A DNA stretch of 64,000 nt from Eledone cirrhosa (taxonomy: Eukaryota): the NCBI GenBank assembly GCA_964016885.1, contig OZ024747.1, positions 20,956,001-21,020,000 on the forward strand, given 5' to 3'. Shown one piece after another: positions 23,901 through 40,800 of the stretch. A model generated the notes under the pieces. That model ran no database searches and had not been told where the DNA came from. It was given only the letters and a program-made list of their open reading frames with translations. A program made the translations under genes and the position numbers. The stretch's first letter is position 1. Every line of letters starts with the position of its first letter.

Positions 23901-26900
23901 TCACCACCACCGCCATCATTGTCATCATCATCATCATTACTATTGTCACTACGAATAATACCCGGATCACTGGTGCCTTAACCATTAGCACCGCCATCAT
24001 CATAATTGTCATCATCATCACTATTGTCACTACGATTAACACCCGGATCACTGGTGCCTTAACCATCACCACCACCACCATCATTGTCATCATCATCATC
24101 ATCATCATTACTATTGTCACTACGATTAACACCCGGATCACTGGTGCCTTAACCATCACCACCACCGCCATCATTGTCATCATCAACATCATCATCATCA
24201 TTACTATAGACACTACGATTAACACCCGGATCACTGGTGCCTTAACCATCACCACCATCGCCATCATTGTCATCATCATCATCATCATCATTACTATTGT
24301 CACTACGATTAACACCCGGATCACTGGTGCCTTAACCATCACCACCACCGCCAACATTGTCATCATCATCATCATCATTACTATTGTCACTACGTTTAAC
24401 ATCCGGATCACTGCTGCCTTAATCATCACCACCACCGCCATCATTGTCATCATCATCATCATCATTACTATTGTCACTACGATTAACACCCGGATCGCTT
24501 GTGCTTTAACCATCACCACCGCCATCATTGTCATCACCATCATCATCATCACTATAGTCCCTACGATTAACACCCGGATCACTGGTGCCTTAACCATCAC
24601 AACCACCGCCATCATTGTCATCATCATCATCATCATTACTATTGTCACTACGATTAACACCTGGATCACTGGTGCCTTAACCATCACCACCGCTATCATC
24701 ATCATTGTCATCATCATCACTATTGTCACTACAATTAACACCCGGATCAGTGGTGCATTAACCATCACCACCACCACCATCATTGTCATCATCATCATCA
24801 TCATCATCATCATTACTATTGTCACTACGATTAACACCCGGATCACTGGTGCCTTAACCATCACCACCACCGCCATCATTGTCATCATCATCATCATCAT
24901 TACTATTGTCACTACGATTAACACCCGGATCACTGGTGCCTTAACCATCACCACTGACATCATCATCATTGTCATCATCATCACTATTGTCACTACGATT
25001 AACACCCGGATCACTGGTGCCTTAACCATCACCACCACCGCCATCATTGTCATCATCTTCATCATCATCATTATTGTCACTACGATTAACACCCGGATCA
25101 CTGGTGCCTTAACCATCACCACCACCGCCATCATTGTCATCATCATCATCATCATCATCATTATTGTCACTACGATTAACACCCGGATCACTGGTGCCTT
25201 AACCATCACCACCAGCACCATCATTGTCATCATCATCATCATCATTACTATAGTCCCTACGATTAACACCCGGATCACTGGTGCCTTAACCATCACAACC
25301 ACCGCCATCATTGTCATCATCATCATCATCATTACTATTGTCACTACGATTAACAACCGGATCACTGCTGCCTTAACCATCACCACCGCCATCATCATCA
25401 TTGTCATCATCATCACTATTGTCACTACGATTAACACCCGGATCACTGGTGCCTTAACCATCACCACCACCGCCATCATTGTCATCATCATCATCATCAT
25501 CATTATTGTCACTACGATTAACACCCGGATCACTGGTGCCTTAACCATCACCACCAGCACCATCATTGTCATCATCATCATCATCATTACTATTGTCACT
25601 ACGATTAACACCCGGATCACTGGTGCTATAACCATCACCACCGCCATCATCATCATTGTCATCATCATCACTATTGTCACTACGATTAACACCCGGATCA
25701 CTGGTGCCTTAACCATCACCACCACCGCCATCATTGTCTTCATCATCATCATCATCATTACTATTGTCACTACGAATAACACCCGGATCACTGTTGCCTT
25801 AACCATCACCACCGCCATCATCATCATTGTCATCATCATCACTATTGTCACTACGATTAACACCCGGATCACTGGTGCCTTAACCATCACCACCACCGCC
25901 ATCATTGTCATCATCATCATCATTACTATTGTCACTACGAATAATACCCGGATCACTGGTGCCTTAACCATCAGCACCGCCATCATCATAATTGTCATCA
26001 TCATCACTATTGTCACTACGATTAACACCCGGATCACTGGTGCCTTAACCATCACCACCACCACCATCATTGTCATCATCATCATCATCATCATTACTAT
26101 TGTCACTACGATTAACACCCGGATCACTGGTGCCTTAACCATCACCACCACCGCCATCATTGTCATCATCAACATCATCATCATCATTACTATAGACACT
26201 ACGATTAACACCCGGATCACTGGTGCCTTAACCATCACCACCATCGCCATCATTGTCATCATCATCATCATCATCATTACTATTGTCACTACGATTAACA
26301 CCCGGATCACTGGTGCCTTAACCATCACCACCACCGCCAACATTGTCATCATCATCATCATCATTACTATTGTCACTACGTTTAACATCCGGATCACTGC
26401 TGCCTTAATCATCACCACCACCGCCATCATTGTCATCATCATCATCATCATTACTATTGTCACTACGATTAACACCCGGATCGCTTGTGCTTTAACCATC
26501 ACCACCGCCATCATTGTCATCACCATCATCATCATCACTATAGTCCCTACGATTAACACCCGGATCACTGGTGCCTTAACCATCACAACCACCGCCATCA
26601 TTGTCATCATCATCATCATCATTACTATTGTCACTACGATTAACACCTGGATCACTGGTGCCTTAACCATCACCACCGCTATCATCATCATTGTCATCAT
26701 CATCACTATTGTCACTACAATTAACACCCGGATCAGTGGTGCATTAACCATCACCACCACCACCATCATTGTCATCATCATCATCATCATCATCATCATT
26801 ACTATTGTCACTACGATTAACACCCGGATCACTGGTGCCTTAACCATCACCACCACCGCCATCATTGTCATCATCATCATCATCATTACTATAGTCCCTA

Positions 26901-29132
26901 CGATTAACACCCGGATCACTGGTGCCTTAACCATCACAACCACCGCCATCATTGTCATCATCATCATCATCATTACTATTGTCACTACGATTAACAACCG
27001 GATCACTGCTGCCTTAACCATCACCACCGCCATCATCATCATTGTCATCATCATCACTATTGTCACTACGATTAACACCCGGATCACTGGTGCCTTAACC
27101 ATCACCACCACCGCCATCATTGTCATCATCATCATCATCATTATTGTCACTACGATTAACACCCGGATCACTGGTGCCTTAACCATCACCACCAGCACCA
27201 TCATTGTCATCATCATCATCATCATTACAATTGTCACTACGATTAACACCCGGATCACTGGTGCTATAACCATCACCACCGCCATCATCATCATTGTCAT
27301 CATCATCACTATTGTCACTACGATTAACACCCGGATCACTGGTGCCTTAACCATCACCACCACCGCCATCATTGTCATCATCATCATCATCATTACTATT
27401 GTCACTACGATTAACACCCGGATCACTGGTGCCTTAACCATCACCACCACCGCCAACATTGTCATCATCATCATCATTACTATTGTCACTACGATTAACA
27501 TCCGGATCACTGGTGCCTTAACCATCACCACCACCGCCATCAGTCTCATCATCATCATCATCATCATTACTATTGTCACTACGATTAACACCCGGATCGC
27601 TTGTGCTTTAACCATCACCACCGCCATCATTTTCATCACCATCATCATCATCACTATTGTCACTACGATTAACACCCGCAAAACTGGTGCCTTAACCATC
27701 ACCACCATCGCCATCATTGTCATCATCATCATCATCATCATCATCATCACTATAGTCACTACGATTGACACCCGGATCACTGGTGCCTTAACCATCACCA
27801 CCATCGCCATCATTGTCATCATCATCATCATCATCATTATTGTCACTACGATTAACACCCGGATCACTGGGGCCTTAACCATCACCACCACCACCATCAT
27901 CGTCATCATCTTCATCATCATCATTATTGTCACTACGATTAACACCCGGATCACTGGTGCCTTAACCATCACCACCACCGCCATCATTGTCATCATCTTC
28001 ATCATCATTACTATTGTCACTACGATTAACACCCGGATCACTGGTGCCTTAACCATCACCACCACCGCCATCATTGTCATCATCATCATCATCATTACTA
28101 TTGTCACTACGATTAACACCCGGATCACTGGTGCCTTAACCATCACCACCACCGCCATCATGGTCATCATCATCATCATCATTACTATTGTCACTACAAT
28201 TAACACCCGGATCACTGGTGCCTTAACCATCACCACCACCGCCATCATTGTCATCATCATCATCATCATTACTATTGTCACTACGATTAACACCCGGATC
28301 GCTGGTGCCTTAACCATCACCACCACCGCCATCATTGTCATCACCATCATCATCATCACTATAGTCCCTACGATTAACACCCGGATCACTGGTGCCTTAA
28401 CCATCACAACCACCGCCATCATTGTCATCATCATCATCATCATTACTATTGTCACTACGATTAACACCCGGATCACTGGTGCCTTAACCATCACAACCAC
28501 CGCCATCATTGTCATCATCATCATCATCATCACTATAGTCACTACGATTGACACCCGGATCACTGGTGCCTTAACCATCACAACCACCGCCATCATTGTC
28601 ATCATCATCATCATCATTACTATTGTCACTACGATTAACACCCGGATCACTGGTGCCTTTACCATCACCACCACCGCCATCATTGACATCATCATCATCA
28701 TCATCATTACTATTGTCACTACGATTAACAACCGGATCACTGGTGCCTTAACCATCACCACAGCCATCATCGTCATTGTCATCATCATCATCATCATCAT
28801 CATCATTACTATTGTCACTACGATTAATACCCGGATCACTGGTGCCTTAACCATCACCACCGCCATCATCGTCATTGTCATCATCATCACTATTGTCACT
28901 ACAATTAACACCCGGATCACTGGTGCCTTAACCATCACCACCACCACCATCATTGTCATCATCATCATCATCATCATCATCATTACTATTGTCACTACGA
29001 TTAATACCCGGATCACTGGTGCCTTAACCATCACCACCGCCATCATCGTCATTGTCATCATCATCACTATTGTCACTACAATTAACACCCGGATCACTGG
29101 TGCCTTAACCATCACCACCACCACCATCATTG

Positions 29133-29163
<31 letters not shown>

Positions 29164-29930
29164 TACTATTGTCACTACGATTAACACCCGGATCACTGGT
29201 GCCTTAACCATCACCACCACCGCCATCATTGTCATCATCATCATCATCATTACTATTGTCACTACGATTAACACCCGGATCACTGGTGCCTTAACCATCA
29301 CCACCGCCATCATCATCATTGTCATCATCATCACTATTGTCACTACGATTAACACCCGGATCACTGCTGCCTTAACCATCACCACCATCGCCATCATTGT
29401 CATCATCATCATCATCATCATCACTATAGTCACTACGATTGACACCCGGATCACTGGTGCCTTAACCATCACCACCACCGCCGTCATTGTCATCATCATC
29501 ATCATCATCATCATTACTATTGTCACTACGATTAACACCCGGATCACTGGTGCCTTAACCATCACCACCACCGCCATCATGGTCATCATCATCATCATCA
29601 TTACTATTGTCACTACAATTAACACCCGGATCACTGGTGCCTTAACCATCACCACCAACGCCATCATTGTCATCATCATCATCATCATTACTATTGTCAC
29701 TAAGATTAACACCCGGATCGCTGGTGCCTTAACCATCACCACCACCGCCATCATTGTCATCACCATCATCATCATCACTATAGTCCCTACGATTAACACC
29801 CGGATCACTGGTGCCTTAACCATCACAACCACCGCCATCATTGTCATCATCATCATCATCATTACTATTGTCACTACGATTAACACCCGCATCACTGCTG
29901 CCTTAACCATCACCACCATCGCCATCATTG

Positions 29931-29961
<31 letters not shown>

Positions 29962-32900
29962 TACTATTGTCACTACGATTAACAACCGGATCACTGGTGC
30001 CTTAACCATCACCACCGCCATCATCATCATTGTCATCATCATCACTATTGTCACTACGATTAACACCCGGATCACTGGTGCCTTAACCATCACCACCACC
30101 GCCATCATTGTCATCATCATCATCATCATCATTACTATTGTCACTACGATTAACACCCGGATCACTGGTGCCTTAACCATCACCACCGCCATCATCGTCA
30201 TTGTCATCATCATCACTATTGTCACTACAATTAACACCCGGATCACTGGTGCCTTAACCATCACCACCACCACCATCATTGTCATCATCATCATCATCAT
30301 CATCATCATTACTATTGTCACTACGATTAATACCCGGATCACTGGTGCCTTAACCATCACCACCGCCATCATCGTCATTGTCATCATCATCACTATTGTC
30401 ACTACAATTAACACCCGGATCACTGGTGCCTTAACCATCACCACCACCACCATCATTGTCATCATCATCATCATCATCATCATCATTACTATTGTAACTA
30501 CGATTAACACCCGGATCACTGGTGCCTTAACCATCACCACCACCGCCATCATTGTCATCATCATCATCATCATTACTATTGTCACTACGATTAACACCCG
30601 GATCACTGGTGCCTTAACCATCACCACTGCCATCATCATCATTGTCATCATCATCACTATTGTCACTACGATTAACACCCGGATCACTGGTGCCTTAACC
30701 ATCACCACCACCGCCATCATTGTCATCATCTTCATCATCATCATTATTGTCACTACGATTAACACCCGGATCACTGGTGCCTTAACCATCACCACCACCG
30801 CCATCATTGTCATCATCATCATCATCATCATCATTATTGTCACTACAATTAACACCCGGATCACTTGTGCCTTAACCATCACTACCAGCACCATCATTGT
30901 CATCATCATCATTATCATTACTATTGTCACTACGATTAACACCCGGATCACTGGTGCCTTAACCATCACCACCACCGACATCATTGTCATCATCATCATC
31001 ATCATCATCATTATTGTCACTACGATTAACACCCGGATCACTTGTGCCTTAACCATCACTACCAGCACCATCATTGTCATCATCATCATTATCATTACTA
31101 TTGTCACTACGATTAACACCCGGATCACTGGTGCCTTAACCATCACCACCACCGACATCATGGTCATCATCATCATCATCATTACTATTGTCACTACGAT
31201 TAACACCCGGATCACTGGTGCCTTTACCATCACCACCACCGCCATCATTGTCATCATCATCATCATCATTACTATTGTCACTACGATTAACACCCGGATC
31301 GCTGGTGCCTTAAGCATCACCACCACCGCCATCATTGTCATCACCATCATCATCATCACTATAGTCACTACGATTAACACCCGGATCACTGGTGCCTTAA
31401 CCATCACCACCACCGCCATCATTGTCATCATCATCATCATCATCATCATTATTGTCACTACGATTAACACCCGGATCACTGGTGCCTTAACCATCACAAC
31501 CACCGCCATCATTGTCATCATCATCATCATCATTACTATTGTCACTACGATTAACAACCGGATCACTGCTGCCTTAACCATCACCACCGCCATCATCATC
31601 ATTGTCATCATCATCACTATTGTCACTACGATTAACACCCGGATCACTGGTGCCTTAACCATCACCACCACCGCCATCATTGTCATCATCATCATCATCA
31701 TTATTGTCACTACGATTAACACCCGGATCACTGGTGCCTTAACCATCACCACCAGCACCATCATTGTCATCATCATCATCATCATTACTATTGTCACTAC
31801 GATTAACACCCGGATCACTGGTGCTATAACCATCACCACCGCCATCATCATCATTGTCATCATCATCACTATTGTCACTACGATTAACACCCGGATCACT
31901 GGTGCCTTAACCATCACCACCACCGCCATCATTGTCATCATCATCATCATCATTACTATTGTCACTACGATTAACACCCGGATCACTGGTGCCTTAACCA
32001 TCACCACCACCGCCAACATTGTCATCATCATCATCATTACTATTGTCACTACGATTAACATCCGGATCACTGGTGCCTTAACCATCACCACCACCGCCAT
32101 CAGTCTCATCATCATCATCATCATCATTACTATTGTCACTACGATTAACACCCGGATCGCTTGTGCTTTAACCATCACCACCGCCATCATTTTCATCACC
32201 ATCATCATCATCACTATTGTCACTACGATTAACACCCGCAAAACTGGTGCCTTAACCATCACCACCATCGCCATCATTGTCATCATCATCATCATCATCA
32301 TCATCATCACTATAGTCACTACGATTGACACCCGGATCACTGGTGCCTTAACCATCACCACCATCGCCATCATTGTCATCATCATCATCATCATCATTAT
32401 TGTCACTACGATTAACACCCGGATCACTGGGGCCTTAACCATCACCACCACCACCATCATCGTCATCATCTTCATCATCATCATTATTGTCACTACGATT
32501 AACACCCGGATCACTGGTGCCTTAACCATCACCACCACCGCCATCATTGTCATCATCGTCATCATCATCATTATTGTCACTACGATTAACACCCGGATCA
32601 CTGGTGCCTTAATCATCACCACCACCGCCATCATTGTCATCATCATCATCATCATTACTATTGTCACTACGATTAACACCCGGATCACTGGTGCCTTAAC
32701 CATCACCACCAACGCCATCATTGTCATCATCATCATCATCATTACTATTGTCACTACGATTAACACCCGGATCAGTGGTACCTTAATCATCACCACCACC
32801 GCCATCATTGTCATCATCATCATCATCAATATAGTCACTACGATTAACACCCGGATCACTAGTGCCTTAACCATCACCACCACCGCCATCATTGTCATCA

Positions 32901-35494
32901 TCATCATCATCATCATTACTATTGTCACTACGATTAACACCCGGATCACTGGTGCCTTAGCCATCACTACCACCGCCATCATTGTCATCATCATCATCAT
33001 CACTATAGTCACTACGATTAACACCCGGATCACTGGTGCCTTAACCATCACCACCAGCGCCATCATTGTCATCTTCATCATCATCATCATCATCACTATA
33101 TAGTTACTACGATTAACACCAAGACCACTGGTGCCTTAACCATCACCACCACCTCCATCAATGTCATCATCATCATCATCATCATTGTCATTACTATTAT
33201 AACACCCGGATCACCGGTGCCTTAACCATCACCACCACCGCCATCATTGCATCATCATCATCACTATTGTCACTACGATTAACACCCGGATCACTGGTGC
33301 CTTAACCATCACCACCACCGCCATCATTGTCATCATCATCATCATCATTACTATTGTCACTACGATTAACACCCGGATCGCTGGTGCCTTAAGCATCACC
33401 ACCACCGCCATCATTGTCATCACCATCATCATCATCACTATAGTCACTACGATTAACACCCGGATCACTGGTGCCTTAACCATCACCACCACCGCCATCA
33501 TTGTCATCATCATCATCATCATCATCATTATTGTCACTACGATTAACACCCGGATCACTGGTGCCTTAACCATCACAACCACCGCCATCATTGTCATCAT
33601 CATCATCATCATTACTATTGTCACTACGATTAACAACCGGATCACTGCTGCCTTAACCATCACCACCGCCATCATCATCATTGTCATCATCATCACTATT
33701 GTCACTACGATTAACACCCGGATCACTGGTGCCTTAACCATCACCACCACCGCCATCATTGTCATCATCATCATCATCATTATTGTCACTACGATTAACA
33801 CCCGGATCACTGGTGCCTTAACCATCACCACCAGCACCATCATTGTCATCATCATCATCATCATTACTATTGTCACTACGATTAACACCCGGATCACTGG
33901 TGCTATAACCATCACCACCGCCATCATCATCATTGTCATCATCATCACTATTGTCACTACGATTAACACCCGGATCACTGGTGCCTTAACCATCACCACC
34001 ACCGCCATCATTGTCATCATCATCATCATCATTACTATTGTCACTACGATTAACACCCGGATCACTGGTGCCTTAACCATCACCACCACCGCCAACATTG
34101 TCATCATCATCATCATTACTATTGTCACTACGATTAACATCCGGATCACTGGTGCCTTAACCATCACCACCACCGCCATCAGTCTCATCATCATCATCAT
34201 CATCATTACTATTGTCACTACGATTAACACCCGGATCGCTTGTGCTTTAACCATCACCACCGCCATCATTTTCATCACCATCATCATCATCACTATTGTC
34301 ACTACGATTAACACCCGCAAAACTGGTGCCTTAACCATCACCACCATCGCCATCATTGTCATCATCATCATCATCATCATCATCATCACTATAGTCACTA
34401 CGATTGACACCCGGATCACTGGTGCCTTAACCATCACCACCATCGCCATCATTGTCATCATCATCATCATCATCATTATTGTCACTACGATTAACACCCG
34501 GATCACTGGGGCCTTAACCATCACCACCACCACCATCATCGTCATCATCTTCATCATCATCATTATTGTCACTACGATTAACACCCGGATCACTGGTGCC
34601 TTAACCATCACCACCACCGCCATCATTGTCATCATCGTCATCATCATCATTATTGTCACTACGATTAACACCCGGATCACTGGTGCCTTAATCATCACCA
34701 CCACCGCCATCATTGTCATCATCATCATCATCATTACTATTGTCACTACGATTAACACCCGGATCACTGGTGCCTTAACCATCACCACCAACGCCATCAT
34801 TGTCATCATCATCATCATCATTACTATTGTCACTACGATTAACACCCGGATCAGTGGTACCTTAATCATCACCACCACCGCCATCATTGTCATCATCATC
34901 ATCATCAATATAGTCACTACGATTAACACCCGGATCACTAGTGCCTTAACCATCACCACCACCGCCATCATTGTCATCATCATCATCATCATCATTACTA
35001 TTGTCACTACGATTAACACCCGGATCACTGGTGCCTTAGCCATCACTACCACCGCCATCATTGTCATCATCATCATCATCACTATAGTCACTACGATTAA
35101 CACCCGGATCACTGGTGCCTTAACCATCACCACCAGCGCCATCATTGTCATCTTCATCATCATCATCATCATCACTATATAGTTACTACGATTAACACCA
35201 AGACCACTGGTGCCTTAACCATCACCACCACCTCCATCAATGTCATCATCATCATCATCATCATTGTCATTACTATTATAACACCCGGATCACCGGTGCC
35301 TTAACCATCACCACCACCGCCATCATTGCATCATCATCATCACTATTGTCACTACGATTAACACCCGGATCACTGGTGCCTTAACCATCACCACCACCGC
35401 CATCATTATCATCATCATCATCATCATCACTATAGTCACTACGATTAACACCCGGATCACTGGTGCCTTAACCATCACCACCACCGCCATCATT

Positions 35495-35534
<40 letters not shown>

Positions 35535-37181
35535 CTATTGTCACTACGATTAACACCCGGATCACTGGTGCCTTAACCATCACCACCACCGCCATCATTG
35601 TCATCATCATCATCATCATCATCATCACTATTGTCACTACGATTAACACCCGGATCACTGGCGCCTTCACCATCACCACCACCGCCATCATTGTTGTCAT
35701 CATCATCATCATTACTATTGTCACTACGATTAACACCCGGATCACTGGTGCCTTAACCATCACCACCACCGCCATCATTGTTATCATCATCATCATCATT
35801 ACTATTGTCACTACGATTAACACACGGATCACTGGTGCCTTAACCATCACCACCACCGCCATCATCGTCATCATCATCATCATCATCATTACTATTGTCA
35901 CTACGATTAACACCCGGATCACTGGCGCCTTCACCATCACCACCACCGCCATCATTGTCATCATCATCATCATCATCATTATCATTACTATTTTCACTAC
36001 GATTAACACCCGGATCACTGGTGCCTTAACCATCACCACCATCGCCATCATTGTCATCATCATCATCATCATCATCACTATTGTCACTACGATTAACACC
36101 CGGATCACTGGTGCCTTAACCATCACCACCGCCATCATCATCATTGTCATCATCATCACTATTGTCACTACGATTAACACCCGGATCACTGGTGCCTTAA
36201 CCATCACCACCACCGTCATCATTGTCATCACCATCATCATCATTACTATTGTCACTACGATTAACACCCGGATCACTGTTGCCTTAACCATCACCACCAC
36301 CGCCATCATTGACATCATCATCATCATCATTACTATTGTCACTACGATTAACACCCGGATCACTGGTGCCTTAACCATCACCACCACCGCCATCATTGTC
36401 ATCATCTCCATCATCATTACTATTGTCACTACGATTAACACACGGATCACTGGTGCCTTAACCATCACCACCACCGCCATCATTGTCATCATCATCATCA
36501 TCATTACTATTGTCACTACGATTAACACCCGGATCACTGTTGCCTTAACCATCACCACCACCGCCATCATTGACATCATCATCATCATCATTACTATTGT
36601 CACTACGATTAACACCCGGATCACTGGTGCCTTAACCATCACCACCACCGCCATCATTGTCATCATCTCCATCATCATTACTATTGTCACTAGGATTAAC
36701 ACACGGATCACTGGTGCCTTAACCATCACCACCACCGCCATCATTGTCATCATCATCATCATCATTACTATTGTCACTACGATTAACACCCGGATCACTG
36801 GTGCCTTAACCATCACCACCACCGCCATCATTGTCATCATCATCATCATCATCACTATTGTCACTACGATTAACACCCGGATCACTGGTGCCTTAACCAT
36901 CACCACCACCGCCATCATTGTCATCATCATCATTATCATCACTATTGTCACTACGATTAACACCCGGATCACTGGTGCCTTAAACATCACCACCACCGCC
37001 ATCATTGTCATCATCATCATCATCATCACTATTGTCACTACGATTAACACCCGGATCAGTGGTGCCTTAACCATCACCACCACAGCCATCATTGTCATCA
37101 TCATCATCATCATCACTATTGTCACTACGATTAACACCCGGATCACTGGTACCTTAACCATCACCACCACCGCCATCTTTG

Positions 37182-37212
<31 letters not shown>

Positions 37213-37805
37213 TACTATTGTCACTACGATTAACACCCGGATCACTGTTGCCTTAACCACCACCACCACCGCCATCATCGTCATCATCATCATCATCATC
37301 ATTACTATTGTCACTAGGATTAACACCCGGATCACTGGTGCCTTAAACATCACCACCACCGCCATCATTGTCATCATCATCATCATCATCACTATTGTCA
37401 CTACGATTAACACCCGGATCACTGGTGCCTTAACCATCACCACCACCGCCATCATTGTCATCATCATCATCATCATCACTATTGTCACTACGATTAACAC
37501 CCGGATCACTGGTGCCTTAACCATCACCACCACCGCCATCATTGTCATCATCATCATTATCATCACTATTGTCACTACGATTAACACCCGGATCACTGGT
37601 GCCTTAAACATCACCACCACCGCCATCATTGTCATCATCATCATCATCATCACTATTGTCACTACGATTAACACCCGGATCAGTGGTGCCTTAACCATCA
37701 CCACCACAGCCATCATTGTCATCATCATCATCATCATCACTATTGTCACTACGATTAACACCCGGATCACTGGTACCTTAACCATCACCACCACCGCCAT
37801 CTTTG

Positions 37806-37836
<31 letters not shown>

Positions 37837-40800
37837 TACTATTGTCACTACGATTAACACCCGGATCACTGTTGCCTTAACCACCACCACCACCGCCATC
37901 ATCGTCATCATCATCATCATCATCATTACTATTGTCACTAGGATTAACACCCGGATCACTGGTGCCTTAACCATCACCACCACCGCCATCATTGTCATCA
38001 TCATCATCATCATCATTGTCATTACTATTATAACACCCGGATCACTGTTGCCTTAACCATCACCACCACCGCCATCATTGTCATCATCATCATCATCATT
38101 GTCATTACTAATATAACACCCGGATCACTGGTGCCTTAACCATCACCACCACCGCCATGATTGTCATCATCATCATCATCTTCACTATTGTCACTACGAT
38201 TAACACCCGGATCACTGGCGCCTTAACAATCACCACTACCGCCATCATTGTCATCATCATCATCATCATCATTACTATTGTCACTACGATTAACACCCGG
38301 ATCACTGGTGCCTTAACCATCACCACCACCGCCATCATTGTCATCATCATCATCATCATTAATATTGTCACCACGATTAACAACCGGATCACTGGTGCCT
38401 TAACCATCACCACCACCGCCATCATTGTCATCATCATCATCATCATCACTATAGTCACTACGATTAACACCCGGATCACTGGTGCTTTAACCATCACCAC
38501 CACCGCCATCATTGTCATCATGATCATCATCATCATCATTATGACTATAGTCACTACGATTAACACCTGGATCACTGGTACCTTAACCATCACCACCACT
38601 GCCATCATTGTCATCATCATCATCATCATCATCACTATAGTCACTACGATTAACACCCGGACCACTGGTGACTTAACCATCACCACCACCACCATCATTG
38701 TCATCATCATCATCATCATCATCATCACTATATAGTTACTACGATTAACACCCGGACCACTGGTGCCTTAACCATCACCACCACCTCCATCAATGTCATC
38801 ATCATCATCATCATTGTCATTACTATTATAACACCCGGATCACCGGTGCCTTAACCATCACCACCACCGCCATCATTGCATCATCATCATCATCATCATT
38901 ACTATTGTCACTACGATTAACACCCGGATCACTGGTGCCTTAACCATCACCACCACCGCCATCATTGTCATCATCATCATCATCATCATCATCATTACTA
39001 TTGTCACTACGATTAACACCCGGATCACTGGTGCCTTAACCATCACCACCACCGCCATCATCGTCATCATCATCATCATCATCATTACTATTGTCACTAC
39101 GATTAACACCCGGATCACTGGTGCCTTAACCATCACCACCATCGCCATCATTGTCATCATCGTCATCGTCATCATCATCACTATAGTCACTACGATTAAC
39201 ACCCGGATCACTGTTGCCTTAACCATCACCACCACCGCCATCATCGTCATCATCATCATCATCATCATTACTATTGTCACTACGATTAACACCCGGATCA
39301 CTGGTGCCTTAACCATCACCACCATCGCCATCATTGTCATCATCATCATCATCATCATTGTCATTACTATTATAACACCCGGATCACTGGTGCCTTAACC
39401 ATCACCACCACCGCCATCATTGTCATCATCATCATCATTAATATTGTCACTACGATTAACAACCGGATCACTGGTGCCTCAACCATCACCACCACCGCCA
39501 TCATTGTCATCATCATCATCATCATCATCATCATCACTATAGTCACTACGATTATAACCGGATCACTGGTGCCTTAACCATCACCACCACCGCCATCATT
39601 GTCATCATCATCATCATTAATATTGTCACTACGATTAACACCCGGATCACTGGTGCTTTAACCAACACCACCACCGCCATCATTGTCATCATCATCATCA
39701 TCATCATCACAATTGTCACTACGATTAACACCCGGATAACTGGTCCTTAACCATCACCAACACCGCCATCATTGTCGTCATCATCATCATCATCATCATC
39801 ATTACTATTGTCACTACGATTAACACCCGGATCACTGGTGCCTTAACCATCACCACCACCGCCATCATTGTCATCATCATCATCATCATCATTGCTATTG
39901 TCACTACGATTAACACCCGGATCACTGGTACCTTAACCATCACCACCATCGCCTTCATTGTCATCATCATCATCATCATCATTACTATTGTCACTACGAT
40001 TAACACCCGGATCACTGGTGCCTTAACCATCACCACCATCATTGTCATCATCATCATCATCATCACTATAGTCATTACGATTAACACACGGATCACTGGT
40101 GCCTTAACCATCACCGCCATCATTGTCATCATCATCATCATCATTACTATTGTCACTACGATTAACACCCGGATCACTCGTGCCTTAACCATCACCACCG
40201 CCATCATTGCATCATCATCATCACTATTGTCACTACGATTAACACCCGGATCACTGTTGCCTTAACCATCACCACCACCGCCATCATCGTCATCATCATC
40301 ATCATCATCATTACTATTGTCACTACGATTAACACCCGGATCACTGGTGCCTTAACCATCACCACCACCGCCATCATTGTCATCATCATCATCATCATCA
40401 TTGTCATTACTATTATAACCCCCGGATCACTGTTGCCTTAACCATCACCACCACCGCCATCATTGTCATCATCATCATCATCATCATTGTCATTACTAAT
40501 TTAACACCCGGATCACTGGTGCCTTAACCATCACCACCACCGCCATGATTGTCATCATCATCATCATCATCATTACTATTGTCACTACGATTAACACCCG
40601 GATCACTGGTGCCTTAACCATCACCACCACCGCCATCATTGTCATCATCATCATCATTAATATTGTCACCACGATTAACAACCGGATCACTGGTGCCTTA
40701 ACCATCACCACCACCGCCATCATTGTCATCATCATCATCATCATTATAGTCACTACGATTAACACCCGGATCACTGGTGCCTTAACCATCACCACCACCG

